Made by a program: the position numbers and the translations under genes
Origin: Camelus ferus
Taxonomy: Eukaryota
Length of the DNA stretch: 64,000 bases
Direction: 5' to 3'
Assembly (NCBI RefSeq): GCF_009834535.1
Contig: NC_045698.1
Span: forward strand, 6,884,001 to 6,948,000
The notes under the pieces: generated by a model
Databases searched by the model: none
What the model saw: the letters and a program-made list of their open reading frames with translations, nothing else
What the model was told of the DNA's origin: nothing
Shown here: positions 9,780 through 21,677 of the stretch, one piece after another
How the letters are laid out: each line of letters opens with the position of its first letter
Position numbering within the stretch: the first letter of the stretch is position 1

Positions 9780-12350
9780 AGATGGAGACCCTCTGCCATT
9801 TTAAAAGTCTCTTGGGTTGTCAAGGCCGTAGATATAGAACAAACCCATCTGTTCCAGCTGGTAGCCTGTAAATACAAAGGCTGGGGGTGGATGACATCAT
9901 TTCTGGGGCGAGTAGACTTTCCTCATGTGTTCTAACTTTGAAATGTCTAACCATCCTGAGTTGGGTTACAAATGTTGGCCACAATCAACCAGACTTTTGA
10001 AGAGGAAAAATGACTCGCACTGAAGCTACTGACAACAGGCATTTTATTCCAAAAGGATAAAAAATTCAAAACTGAGTACGAATGTTGGCCATCCTATATT
10101 TCTTCGCTCGGGTGTCAGTGCTGCATCTCTGGGAAGTTCCCAAATGACTACTCCTGCCTGACAGCTTCAGAGGAAACGTGGCAGTGATCATTCGTCTCGG
10201 GGGAAAGTGGCGTGTGTAATGAGAAAGGATCTATATATGAATGTTGACATTGGGAGATAAAAAACAGGACTCGTGGGGGGGAAGATGATGAAGGCTCCCA
10301 TGTAACCTTTCTTCCTCCACCCAGTTCCATGTCCCATCTTTAAACTGGTGATATTCTGATCAAAATATTCATCTCACCTCAAATCCAAGTGTACACTCTT
10401 GGAAGTGAAGACAAACTTACACTTCAACGCAAGAAGCCCAGATCTCTTCTCTACGCTGGTGGGAGTAACATAGCATAAAAGCAAGCACCTTCACGAAACA
10501 GACTTTCCTGCAGCATGTCTACAAATAGAGCATGAAAGCAACCAAGAGACCAAAGGACCACATCCCACCGACTAAGGTCCCAAAGAGACGGGGCCAGAAA
10601 GAAGAACTAATTAAAATAGTGGAGGCATTTTTCCCTTTGTAGGCTTTTTGGAGGAATGGTAGGAGATCAAGGGAGATAAGATGTGGGTTGAGGTACATTC
10701 TAGAGATTAAGAGTTACACAAGGCAAGTGAAGATAAAAAGGAGTAAAACACTCGTGTTAGGAAATTTTTGTTTTCAAAACAACTCAGTGCTGCCCACGGT
10801 GTTAAGGGCTCATCAGTGAAATAGGTGGTTCTTTCAACTCAAGTAACAAAGAGAAAACTAAGCTTTGATCACTTCAAAGGAAACCAAATACCCCAAATGG
10901 GAAAACCTTAAGGACAGATGGAAAAGGAGAGTGTTAGCTAGGGAGGGTGTAATAATAAAGCAGCCCCTGGAAGACAATAAAATAAGCCCACGCTCCCTTC
11001 ATGCACATCCGTGGTGCGGGTGCTCTGCTGCAGTTCTGTTAAGGACCGCACCAAGCCCGCCGTCTGGGGGTGATGATCCCTTTGGCCTTGGGTGCAGAGT
11101 GGGGTCAAACTGAAGAGAAACCAGATGCAACCCTGGAGGGGTGCAGAGTCTCACCAGTTTAAATCAGGGCAGTAGAAGCTGTGAATTATGAGGTTGCTAA
11201 TTGTTTAAAAGTCAGTAAGGAGATAGCATGAAACAGCAAGAGGCAAGAAAAGTGAGGCTTTGAGAAGTCCTGTCACCCTGCGAGCCTGTGAACTGTTCTG
11301 GACGCGGTGTCAGCATGTCTGAGTCCCGATTCTGGGAACACAACCCGGAACTTGAACCACTTTCCAGAACTGAGCCTTAGAAGTGAGTCAGCTCCCTCGG
11401 GACAATTAAGCAACTGTGTAATCAGGAAGGTGAAGAAAAAAATTCAGAGATAACGATGCAGATCTAACTCACAATATGAATACTTCTGTACACAATATTA
11501 ACACTTCCGTATTTAAGAACGACTTACATAATCACTGGGTTTTTAAAAAATTTTTTCAGCCATTTAAATCATTTGAAAAATCTATGGGATTTCAGCATAT
11601 TAAAGCACGTGACATACTGACCCTGCAATTTGACTTGAAATTTTCAGTTGATTATAGACTTGTGATATTGGTGAGAAAGGAATAAGAGAATTTGATTAAG
11701 TTTGTCAAGACTGATAGTTTAATAGAACTTGATTTATCCACTTACTATATTTATAGCAGCTGAGTAAGTACTTAGAAGGAATTTGCTTGTTGGGTTTGTA
11801 AGTCTCTCCTGTCAGAGACATGAAATGTTCCAGATATATTAAATTTCAAGGATAAAAATCCTTAAGGAAATTTAACTAAGTTTCTAAGTTTGATTATTTA
11901 GGTGAACCCCATTTGTTTAATCTCCTTTATTTAAACAAGCATTCATAAGCACAAGCTGACATTCTTATTTTTATGCCAAAATTATTAAATGTATTAGCTA
12001 AAACAAAATTGTCATTTTAACTTGACAGTTTAAGAACAGCTTAAGAAAGAAATTAATTTTTAGCTTAACAGCTTGAGAGATATTAAGAGCTTAAGAAGAA
12101 ATACCTTAAGAAAAAAATTAATTTTCAACTTTAAAAATCGGGCATTGATGTAAACAAAAATTATTCTAAGAAGTCTTTTCTGAGACAAAATCTTTACTAA
12201 AATGTCCTTAAAAAAAATCTAAACCATTGTGTACCTCAAACAGGCTCAAAATGTTCACATTTTGCTTTGAAATATCAGTAGGGTTGTCTTGGTTCTTTTT
12301 AATAGTCACTTAAAGAGTGATCCTAACATCGCAGCTAATTTTAAAGCCCC
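9780..12350 (-). mobile_element. Possible degraded ERV1-class internal sequence
   Basis: Pyrimidine/proline-rich gag-leader-like stretch on minus (10148-10330) and AT-rich segments such as 'gaatttgattaagtttgtcaagactgatagtttaatagaacttgatttatc' reminiscent of MER4-group internal sequences. No LTRs or ORFs confirmed. Confidence 0.3.
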
Positions 12351-13760
12351 AACTGCATTGAAGACGATAGTTTTTGTATGATATGTGAGTTGCAACCATT
12401 CAACTTCCACTCAATAATAATATAATAATGGTATTTTTAGCATTTTGTTTCTTAAAGCATGTCCACCGCTTGTCTAAGCAGTGTTTTCTCCATAGCAACC
12501 AGAAGTGATTTATCATCTGGCTCTTCTGCTTGTCCACTTGAAAACTGAAGGCACACACACTTCACCAGCATCATTGTCAAGTGTTCGTGGACTTGACGGC
12601 TAAAACAATTTCATTTCCAGGAGGTATTTCCCCACTTGGGGCTGGAGAGGAAAGTAATGTCTTCAAAAGCTAAAAGCTCTTTAACAGGAAAAGGAGTTAG
12701 CACCATGTCTAGCACATAGTAGGTGCTCAACACACAGGGGCCCCTGTATTCTCAGCTGCCTGACATCAAGCCTTCGCCTCCTTATTCCTCCAGGTGAAAA
12801 CGTAGCCAAGACCGGAGGCAGGAGCCTTGGAGGACTGCAGGTAGTGTCTCCGGGACTCAGAAGATGTGGTGCTTAGGGGCTTCCTGCTCAACCTGCCTTT
12901 CCTGGTCACACTCAGCCCCTGGCAGACCCACTCCAGACAAAGTAGGAACACTTTTCTTGAGCACAGTGCCTCGCTTCAAGTTTCTCCCCTCTGGCTTTTC
13001 CTGTGCCTTCAGGATTTCTCATGTGGGGACCCTGCCCAGCAACAAGAGCCCCGAAGCTCTGGGTCAGGGTCATTAGCCTGATCCCTGTACGCAGGGGACT
13101 GTGGATGGGCCTCCGGGGAGTCCTTGAACCTGTGTGTGCAAGTGGAGGACATGTGAATACTTATGGGGAGAGCGCCCACAGCGGGATCCTGTTCTGCAGG
13201 GCCAAGGTCACCACAGCAGATCCGTCCCGGCCCCGCCCCACTGACAGACTCCCTGACCCTGTCCATTCCCTGGGCTCCAGGTGATCTGACACTGCAGGTA
13301 GGAGATAAATTAACCCCAACAGAGATGTCAGGGGCTGGGCTGCCAGGGCCCTCAAGGTTACTCCTCAAGAGTCAGCATCAACTTTATAGCAGAGGAGTCA
13401 GCCATGAGGTGTGTCAGGCACACTGATGGAGACATCAAAGCTGTTTTAAGATGACAGGTTAAGCATTTAAACGCAATAGGACAATTTCAGTCGGACAAGA
13501 CCACACCGCCGGCACCCGAATGATCACTGAACCCACCGCCCTGCTCTCTGGACAGAAGGCCTCACCCTGGCTCACCGCTCACAGGCACCGCACCGCCCTG
13601 TTTCGGCCCTGGCAGGACTGCAGGGGTGCGTCACCGCCCCGCTCTCTGCTCTCCAGGAGAAGAAGCCACAGCTTCCTGCAGGGTGAGTAGGGCTCCTCCA
13701 GGTGAGACAGCCAGCCGGGTCCCAGGTAGGACTGGCTGCTGTGTGCTGCCTCTTCTGAGC

Positions 13761-13850
13761 GGGGTGACCAACTGTCCTGCTGCCAGCACTGGAAGTCCTG
13801 CGTCCTGGGAAAACCATCAGTCCCTGAAAACTGGAGTGGTGGTTTGCCCT
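13761..13850 (+). mobile_element. MER94-like hAT-Blackjack MITE
   Basis: 'ggggtgaccaactgtcctg...gcactggaagtcctgcgtcctgggaaaaccatcagtccctg...ggtttgccct' with degenerate terminal inverted repeats. Confidence 0.6.
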
Positions 13851-14068
13851 GCAAATGAAAAGCCCGAAATTCCCATTTTCTGGGGAAATATTCAGAGCTG
13901 TATCCTAAGCCAAAACAAGAGAGTGGCCCAGAAGTCTTTTAAAAGTGTGTCATTTGAAAACATCCAGGAAGACCTTTTGTGTGGAGAACTGCTGTTTTTT
14001 GGCCAAAGATCAAAGTGTCCCTCCGCCGGGGACACAGAGCATCAGTTCCTTGCTGAGCGGGAGACTTG

Positions 14069-14080
14069 GCCATCTGGTGG
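14069..14080 (-). promoter_or_regulatory. CTCF-like core motif CCACCAGATGGC
   Basis: Plus strand gccatctggtgg; motif match only. Confidence 0.3.
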
Positions 14081-14430
14081 GCAGCTGTTTTTGACTCAAG
14101 CATCACTTGACTTCAAATCAGAGTTAAATGAAAACTTATTTCCTCTCCAGGCTGCTGTGTTCTCATCCACTTGTTTCCCATAACAGTCTCCTCCCAGCCC
14201 CAACATGTTTTCCTTCACAAGACGGTCCGCTCTTAGTGGGCAGACACTGTATTTTAAATGAACCTAACACTGCTACAGTCATGGGGTAACGTGCGTGCAT
14301 TTGTAGACCGCCTTGTCTCCGAGCCTTCAGCTCCTGGGATCCAGGCTTGGCTGGCTCCCCAGTCTTCAGCCCCTCCAGAGAAAGAGCAGGGCAGAAGGTG
14401 GTCACACACCCATCCCCTAACCTCTGCTTC

Positions 14431-14600
14431 CAGTGGGACCATTGTGCCTCCTCCCCCAGGGACACTGGAGTCTTTGTTGTCCCGACTGGTGGTGTCCCCC
14501 TGGCATCTAGTGAGTCGTGGGCTGGAATGCTGCTGACACACCTTACAATGCACAGGACAGCACCCCCCACCACAAAGAATCCAATACCAGTGGTGCCAAG
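14431..14600 (+). mobile_element. MER20 hAT-Charlie element
   Basis: 'ctggcatctagtgagt...tgctgctgacacaccttacaatgcacaggacagcaccccccaccacaaagaat'. Confidence 0.8.
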
Positions 14601-15049
14601 GGTAACGTGGGAGGGCGCCGAGAGTCTGGTCCTCTAGCACTCTGGGGACTTTGAAAATAACACATCCCAAGGCTTACACATTTATCACCTCCTCCGACGA
14701 GGAGTCTCACTGTTTCTAAGAATGAGAAAAACATCTTCCTTTTAGAGGGAGAGAGAAGAGAGTATAAATTAATAGCAAAAAAATAATAATAAATTCTAGT
14801 TTGCAGAAAAAAAAATATCTCCTACCCAGTCCCAGTATAAGGAAGAATTAGATCCTTAATAAAGGCTGTTGGTAATGATCTAATGATGCTGAGGACGTCA
14901 CTGGTGATCCTTCAGCTTGTCTTCCTGTTATAACTGTGTAACGCCCTGCGACTAGGAGAGGGGGAAAAAGGTGCTATTTTGACATTATATTGAACTCTCT
15001 TTGAAACACTTTGCAAATAAAACTGAAACACTTAAAAAATTTGTTGGTA

Positions 15050-15587
15050 AGTCCACACAAAGACTTGTGCACAAATGTTCATAGTAGCTTGTTAATAATA
15101 GGCAAAAACTGAAAACAGTCCAAATGTCCATCAAGGGGGGAATGGATAAACAAGATGTGGTACAGCCGTACCCCTAAGTGGAATACTTGCTGATAATAAA
15201 AAGAAATGAAGCAGCAATGGATGCTACAATGTGGTTGAGCCTCGAAAACATTATGCTAAGTGAACAAAGCCAGACAGAAAAGGCCGCATATTGTAAGGTT
15301 CAACTCATATGAAACGCTTTTTTGAAAAAAGGAAAAGGCAAATAAATCTATATACATGGCAGACTGGTGGTTGCCTAGAATTGAGAGAGGCGGACAGGAG
15401 CGGAGACTCACTGCAGATTGGCTTTCGGCATCTTTTTGGGGTAGAAATGGTGGAAATGTTCTAAAACCAAATTGTGATGATTGCACAATATAGTGAATTT
15501 ACCAAAAATCATGGCATTATACACTTAAAGTGGGTGAATTTTATGGGAAGTAAATTATGCCTCAATAAAGCTCTTACCAAAAAAATC
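15050..15587 (+). mobile_element. Old L1M (L1MB/MC-type) 3' region
   Basis: 'ccacacaaagacttgtgcacaaatgttcatagtagc...caaatgtccatc...aaattatgcctcaataaagc'. Confidence 0.85.
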
Positions 15588-17039
15588 TATTGGACTTGGA
15601 AGAATTTTTTCCTAATATTTGGTAGAGAATGTTATAAAGAACACTTAATTGAGGGGGAAAAAAACATCTCTGTTCTAGTCTCGATTCTACCCATGATCAA
15701 CTGCATGACGGAAGGCAAGCGCAGATGTGCTCCTGGACTCAGCTTCCCAAACTGTGAAGTGACTGAGAGCCCCTGGGTACTGTCCGTCTCTCACGGTGTG
15801 AGATTTGGTTAACGGACTCCCCACATTTCAATAGGACGAGCAGCCAGCTACGGCTTAACTTGTGGTCCTGGGTTATTACTTCGTAAGAATCAAATCCCGT
15901 TGGAAGTCTGCTGCAGTTTATTGGGAGTAGGTGACTGCACATAAAAGTCAAGTCCAGGACCACGTGGATGGCTGAGTCAGTCTCTCTTCCAGGTCTGCCC
16001 TGCTCAGCGGTCAGGAAGGGCCCTCCTTCCCATCACTACACCAGCGGCAGACAAGGACGTTGGCACAGAAGGCCCAGTGTGGGGTCCTTGTGGGCAGGTA
16101 CACTCATGCCCAAGGGGTTCCTCTTCCCCTCCCACGTCGGGCCGTGGTGCCACTTCCCCCACTTTGGACAACAGCCTGGGACACGCCGCACATTCTCAGA
16201 CTGCAGTGCCCAAGGCAGGGCCGCCACCTCACCCCCATCAGGCTCGTCCTGCTTCGGGGATGCTGTATGAAAGTGAGCAAGCAGATCAGCCTGTGGGGAG
16301 CTCTCACCTCTTCAAAGGGTCAAGGACCTGAGCCCATCACCATTGTTCTTTGCCCTCATGTCCTATGAGGAAATAGGAAATGTCCACCCTACCTCTTTAG
16401 GGGATTCCCCAGGCAGAATTGTAGTCCCACCAAATGGGCTGGAACACTAGAGCTTCCATATGCAGTTGCACAGGTTGTTGACTGCACAAGGATACCCAAC
16501 CAAGGGGACAGGGATAGGAGGTGAAATCGTGCTCTGTTTACTAAGCTCAGTGCCCCAAGTAGGATGATGGCCATGCAGAGGAGGAGCACCTTCTTCAAAT
16601 TTGAACCAAGGCACCTAATTTAAACAAAAACTGAAGGGCCACAGGAAGCCCTGAGCATCAGTGTACCACTGTGCCCATGGTGCGTCAGATCTTCCCTGCT
16701 CACTGTCTCCAGGACTCTCAGGAAGGGCTGCTCCTGCCTTCTGCCCGCAGTCTTCTCCCTAGCTCAGACATGGTCTGCTGGGCGAGCAGGACCCAGCTAC
16801 CTCCTGGCTGTTCGGGTTCCCATCGCAATCTCCTTCCCTCCCACTACTCCATACCCTAACGGCCTCACACTACCCTCCTTCTCCTTTGGTCAAATGGAAA
16901 ACTCTTCATGGAAGTGTTTTCAAATAAACCGATGCCTCTAAGTTGCAGCTGACAGCTCTTCATGCAGCAGAAGTGACGAAAGACGAGGGCCCTCGTGATT
17001 CGAGGGCAGGGTCCCCTGGGTTCGAGTGCTGTGCCAGGG

Positions 17040-17150
17040 CCACAAGGCTCTCACCGGGCAGCTTATACACTCCCTGTTTCACAGATGAGGAAACTGAGCT
17101 TCACAAAAGGCAAACAACTCGCCAAAGCCACAGAACCCAGGGCGGGGCAG
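17040..17150 (-). mobile_element. MIR fragment
   Basis: MIR core 'tttcacagatgaggaaactgag...actcgccaaagccacag'. Confidence 0.65.
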
Positions 17151-17294
17151 GTCTGTCCGACTCCACTTCTCCAGGTCTCTTTGATCCCTCAGTACACTGT
17201 CTGGAATCTGCTTTCGCTCTCCCCTCTGTCTTTTAAAACCCACCCAAGCACCATTTCCCACTCAGACAATGCCTCACTCAACCTTCACAACAAA

Positions 17295-17404
17295 GGAATC
17301 TGAAAAAAAAACCAAACAAACATGTATGTATGTATGTATATGTATAACTGAATCACTTTGCTGTACACATGAAACCAACATTGTAAATGGACTACACTTC
17401 AATT
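17295..17404 (+). mobile_element. L1 3'-end fragment
   Basis: 'tgtataactgaatcactttgctgtacacatgaaaccaacattgtaaatggactacacttcaat'. Confidence 0.8.
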
Positions 17405-17541
17405 TTCCTGGCCCCTAAGTATAAGCAGCCAAGAACATTTCATATTTCTGAATTTTGCAAACACACAGAAAAATACTTTCTCGCTACACAGCCAGAAAAG
17501 CTTTGGTCTTATATCTTTTAGGTCATTAAAAAAAAAAAAAA

Positions 17542-17793
17542 CAACTATGGTTACCAAAGGGGGAGTGGTGGGGGGTTGGGATAAATTAAGAGTTTGGGAT
17601 TAGCAGATACAAACTACTATATACAAAACAGATAAACAACAAGTTTCAACTGTATAGCACATGGAATTTCATTCAGTAGCTTGTAATAACCTATAATGAA
17701 AAAGAATATACATATATTTATAACTGAATGACTACGCTGTGTACCAGAATTAACACAACATTGGAAATCAGCTCTACTTCAATAAAAGAAAAG
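17542..17793 (+). mobile_element. L1 3'-UTR fragment
   Basis: 'atggttaccaaagggggag...gggattagcagatacaaactactatat...ctacttcaataaaagaaaa'. Confidence 0.85.
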
Positions 17794-18708
17794 CGGGAGG
17801 CCACCCTAACTTACAACATTTTCCAAAGTACAGTCACTTCCCTTCCTGAATTCCCCCCCCCCCACCATGTCACACACAGTGTAAACTATGTACCCAAGCA
17901 TCAGTGATAATCAAATCTCCTGTTAGCTAACACGGTGAACTTCCAAGGAGCGTTCCCTTAGCAAATAGAGGACACTTATCCAGGCTGCGTGGAATAGGGA
18001 AGCTTTGCTAAGAAGGCCAAAACTGAGGGCATAATCAGACAGAGGGGCTGCCCCTTACACGAGCTGGTGGCTCACATAATAGAGCATCTTGTTTCAATGA
18101 GAACAAGAAGAGATACATGGCTGTCCGGAAATAACCAATTATTTTTTTTTACGAAAAGAATCCAGCTGTGTCCTTTTACACCATGTTACTTCACGAATCC
18201 TCTGAAATAATTTGCAACTCTGTCACTGCATTACTAAATCAGGGGGGCATAATTCTCCCAATTAAGCATTTAAGTCAAAAAAAGAAGAGGAGAAAGAAAG
18301 AAACATCTCGAGGCATCTTTTGCTCAACTTTAAAGGAACTAAAGACTTGTTCTTGCCAAGCAGTGAGTGCTAAATCCTGAGGGCTGTCACAGCTTCAAAC
18401 GAGCTAACAGATGTTTGTTCTCAAGTACATTTTCCTCTCAATGGCATTTTGAGGATACTATAAACTTACTGACAGTATTTCGGGGGAAACTTTTTTAAAA
18501 AATTATTTTGTTATTAAAAAAAATAATCCAACAAGCGTTTTTGAATACATGTTGGGCTATATGAAGCAACAGATGAGAAGCAGCGACTTAGGGGAAAGGT
18601 AGAAACTACAAAGGTGATGCCTTCACACACAAACTCAGCTGTGAACCTTACAACAGTCCTGTTTTCCCTATTTTGGTCCTCCTCTTCCTGCGTACTCCTA
18701 GTACAGAC

Positions 18709-18857
18709 CAGAGGTCTGAACCAGGGGTGATTCTGCTGCCAACAGGACATTTGGCAATGACGGAAGAAATTTTGGTTATCCCAACTGGGGATGCTACCGG
18801 CATTCTGTGAGTAGAGGCCAGGGTGCTAGGTAACAGCCTACAGTGCACAGGACCACT
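18709..18857 (+). mobile_element. MER20 element, partial
   Basis: 'ccaggggtgattctgc...ggacatttggcaatg...gtagaggccagggtgc...tacagtgcacaggac'. Confidence 0.8.
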
Positions 18858-18869
18858 CTACAGGAGCGC

Positions 18870-20320
18870 TGTCCAGGACAGGGAGCATTGCACTGGGGAC
18901 TCTCTTGCTGGGAACAAGGAGGAACGTACTTGACACAGGCAAGGGCTGAGGATGGACTTGTTAGAGAATCCAGGCCTGTGATGGAAGATGAGTAAGAACT
19001 GGCCAAACTAAGGAGAGGGGAAAACAGCAAGCTGGTGCGTGGGCACAACAAAGCAGCCCTGCCTTACCAGGGAAAAGGCAAGGGAAGGCAAGGCCAGCTC
19101 CTGAGAGCTGCAGGGGGATGCCAGCTGGGACTTTGTCTGGTGGGTCGTGGTTGTGAGGTCATGAGCCAAAGGTCATCACCCTGGTGCCTGGGTGGATACT
19201 GAATGTAAGGGGGGGGGGCTTGAAGACAAGGAGACCAGATGTGAGGTTACTCCTGGGGAGAGAGGAACTGGGCACAGGCAGTGTGGAGAGGATGAATCAG
19301 AGTAAGAAACAAGAGGTAAAATCCTGGTGAATTTACACGTAGAGAGTAAAGAGAAAGAAAGTTCTAGCACGACCTCCAAAATCCTGGCTTGGGTGACTGA
19401 GGCTCCCTCGGGATGACCCTCTAAACTTTCTAGCCTCTTGGTCCTTTGACTTTCTCCCCTCCAGTGACCTTTGTCCCCTCCACTCCAGCCATCTGCACAA
19501 TAGTTATGCCTTGTTATGGCCAGAAGTTTCCAGAAGAACTCTCAGTTGTGGTCTTCCATTCTCTGACTTCCTCCTCTTCTACTTCTGGAATATTTGCTCA
19601 GGACTCTTGATGCGCCAAAACACTCGGTCCTGCTCACGCCTCCTCCTCCTCACTACCCACTGACTCTCTACGCTTCGCTTTTCTGCATGTCCAGCTTAGA
19701 GTCCTTGATTCACTAACAAAAATCACCACCTTGATGACCCGCTGACCCGCTCAATCCTTTCCCCCTCTCTCCTTTCATCATCAATGCCTGTCCAGACCTT
19801 CATCCTTCCATGGAATCTCTCTGGATTTCTGCCTGTGATTCTACAATTGTCTCAAAATAAGAAGTTTAATGTAAAAACCTGGATGGTGCCAACTCTCTGG
19901 CATGCCCACAAGTGAACAATTGAAGTTACTAGACAAACAATCAGGCTGACTCATGATCTCAGACCTCACATGGAACCTCTCCCATTTGTCCTTTTCCTCT
20001 CCGTCACTCATCCTGTACCTCACTACTGATTCATACGTGTATGAACACATGTGAACTGAAGGGTGATTTTGCCTTGGTCTCTGGGATAGAGCAAGCATAC
20101 TTTTAGCATGCATACTAGCGGAAGTTATACCCCAGTCAGTCTTCAAAGGGCCCCAATCTATCTTTTGCTTCCACCATTCAAGGAAATTTCTCTCAACAAG
20201 GTCACCAAAGCCTTCATCTGCCAAATCCAAAGGAAATGAGTGAGGTATTACTTAACCTCTCATTTGCATTTGATGTGTTCCTTTCTCTGAAAACATTCTG
20301 CTCTCTTGGATGCTGTGAGT
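18870..20320. mobile_element. Degraded L2 pieces in both orientations
   Basis: 'gacctccaaaatcctggcttgggtgactg' and 'ttctctcaacaaggtcaccaaagccttcatctgccaaatccaaagg' are L2-like. Confidence 0.55.
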
Positions 20321-21044
20321 TCCCTGCAGCAAGATGGGAAAGTTTCAGCCTGCAGGAATATGGGCACCTAGACATTTTCTGCTCGTTTTGCCCTGCATGA
20401 AAGAATAAAATATAAATGCTTCCCCTAACTTCCTGCAGATGCTGGAAGTTCTCCAAGGACAAGCAAACTATACTTTCATTTGCTTGAGCTCTAAGTTTAA
20501 TGGACCATGAAGAGGAAGAAGAGAGTAGATTTCTGGGTGTACAAAGTATAAAGAAAGTGTGGGATGAGGAAGCATAGGAACTGATGGAGGGGTGAGGACG
20601 CAGTGGAGAGATTGCTACCAGAGGCATCCCAAAGAAGGGAGGAGCTGATATCTGAGAAACCGCTGATAATGGAGAAGACAAGGAAATATTGAGAGTGGAC
20701 CCATCAGAGGACCAGAGCAAGATGCTTTGCTTGAGTGCCCTGGGGATTGGGTCGGCAAGAGCTGAGCCTTGTCTGACGACCATCCAGCCTTCTCTCAAGG
20801 AAGAACTTCCTACTATGTGCACGTGGATGGCTTCCCTTCGTCTCTGCCCCTACCAGAGAGAAGTCCTCTCTTTCTATACTAACACCTTAACTGTTGACTC
20901 ACCAGCAAGAAGGTTCCCTGTCATGCCTTAGGACTATGTCTGGTTCCCATCCCATGACTATGTTGATATCTCCTTGTCTTAAAAAACCTCACTCATAAAC
21001 CCAGGAAGTTGAGTCTGGTCATGAAATGAGCGTCCTTCACCCCT

Positions 21045-21401
21045 AAACTGAATCCCCAGTATCTCAGAATGTGACCTCAATCAGAATTAGGGTCATTATA
21101 GAGGTAATCAAGTTAAATTTACAACATTAGAATAGGTCCTTATCCAATATGACGTGTGTCTTTAAAAAGAGGAAACTTGGACACTGAGAAATGCACAGAG
21201 AGATATAAGAGAAGATGGCCATCTATAAGCCAAAAAGAAAGGCCTGGAACAGATCTTTTCTCCACAACCCTAAGAAGGAATTAACCACGCCAACACCTTG
21301 ATTTTGGACTTCTGGTCTCCAGACCTGAGAGACAATAAATTTCTCTCATTTAAATCACGCACTCTGGTACTTTTTTTAAGCAGCCGTAGCAAACTAATGC
21401 A
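21045..21401 (+). mobile_element. MLT1B-like solo LTR
   Basis: 'ccccagtatctcagaatgtgacc...gaagatggccatctataagcc...accttgattttggacttctggtctccaga...gcagccgtagcaaactaatgca'. Confidence 0.85.
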
Positions 21402-21677
21402 GGTACCACTTCTAGGTCATGACCCTAGAAGGAGATACAGATGAACTTTCTGGTCCATTTCCAACCCTACTGGCCTGCAGATGACTACATCTGTAGCAGG
21501 CATCTTTGATCCAGAGTGGAAACCCCATGGATTTGGCAGACCCAGATTTCTGTTAATGGAGCACCCTAGACTGCTCCTCTCTAGACTGGTACAGGAGAGA
21601 ATCTATCTTTTCTAAGTCACTATGTTTTGGGTCACTTTGTTACAGCAGCTTAACCTATATAGATCCTAACTGATACA
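21402..21677 (+). mobile_element. Older MLT1 LTR 3' part (likely host of the MLT1B)
   Basis: 'taagtcactatgttttgggtcactttgttacagcagc...cctaactgataca' is an MLT1 terminus. Confidence 0.6.

Noticed and set aside
12864..14734. Dense overlapping ORFs of 60-185 aa
   Set aside because: GC-rich region partly made of MER94 and MER20; ORFs occur on both strands with no protein similarity.
17405..17541. Possible L1 3' transduction (unique sequence plus A-run after an L1 end)
   Set aside because: No enclosing TSD found; the A-run is equally explained as the target site of the next L1.
20214..20931. 202-aa minus-strand ORF
   Set aside because: Ser/Leu-rich low-complexity translation over probable old LTR and L2 sequence.
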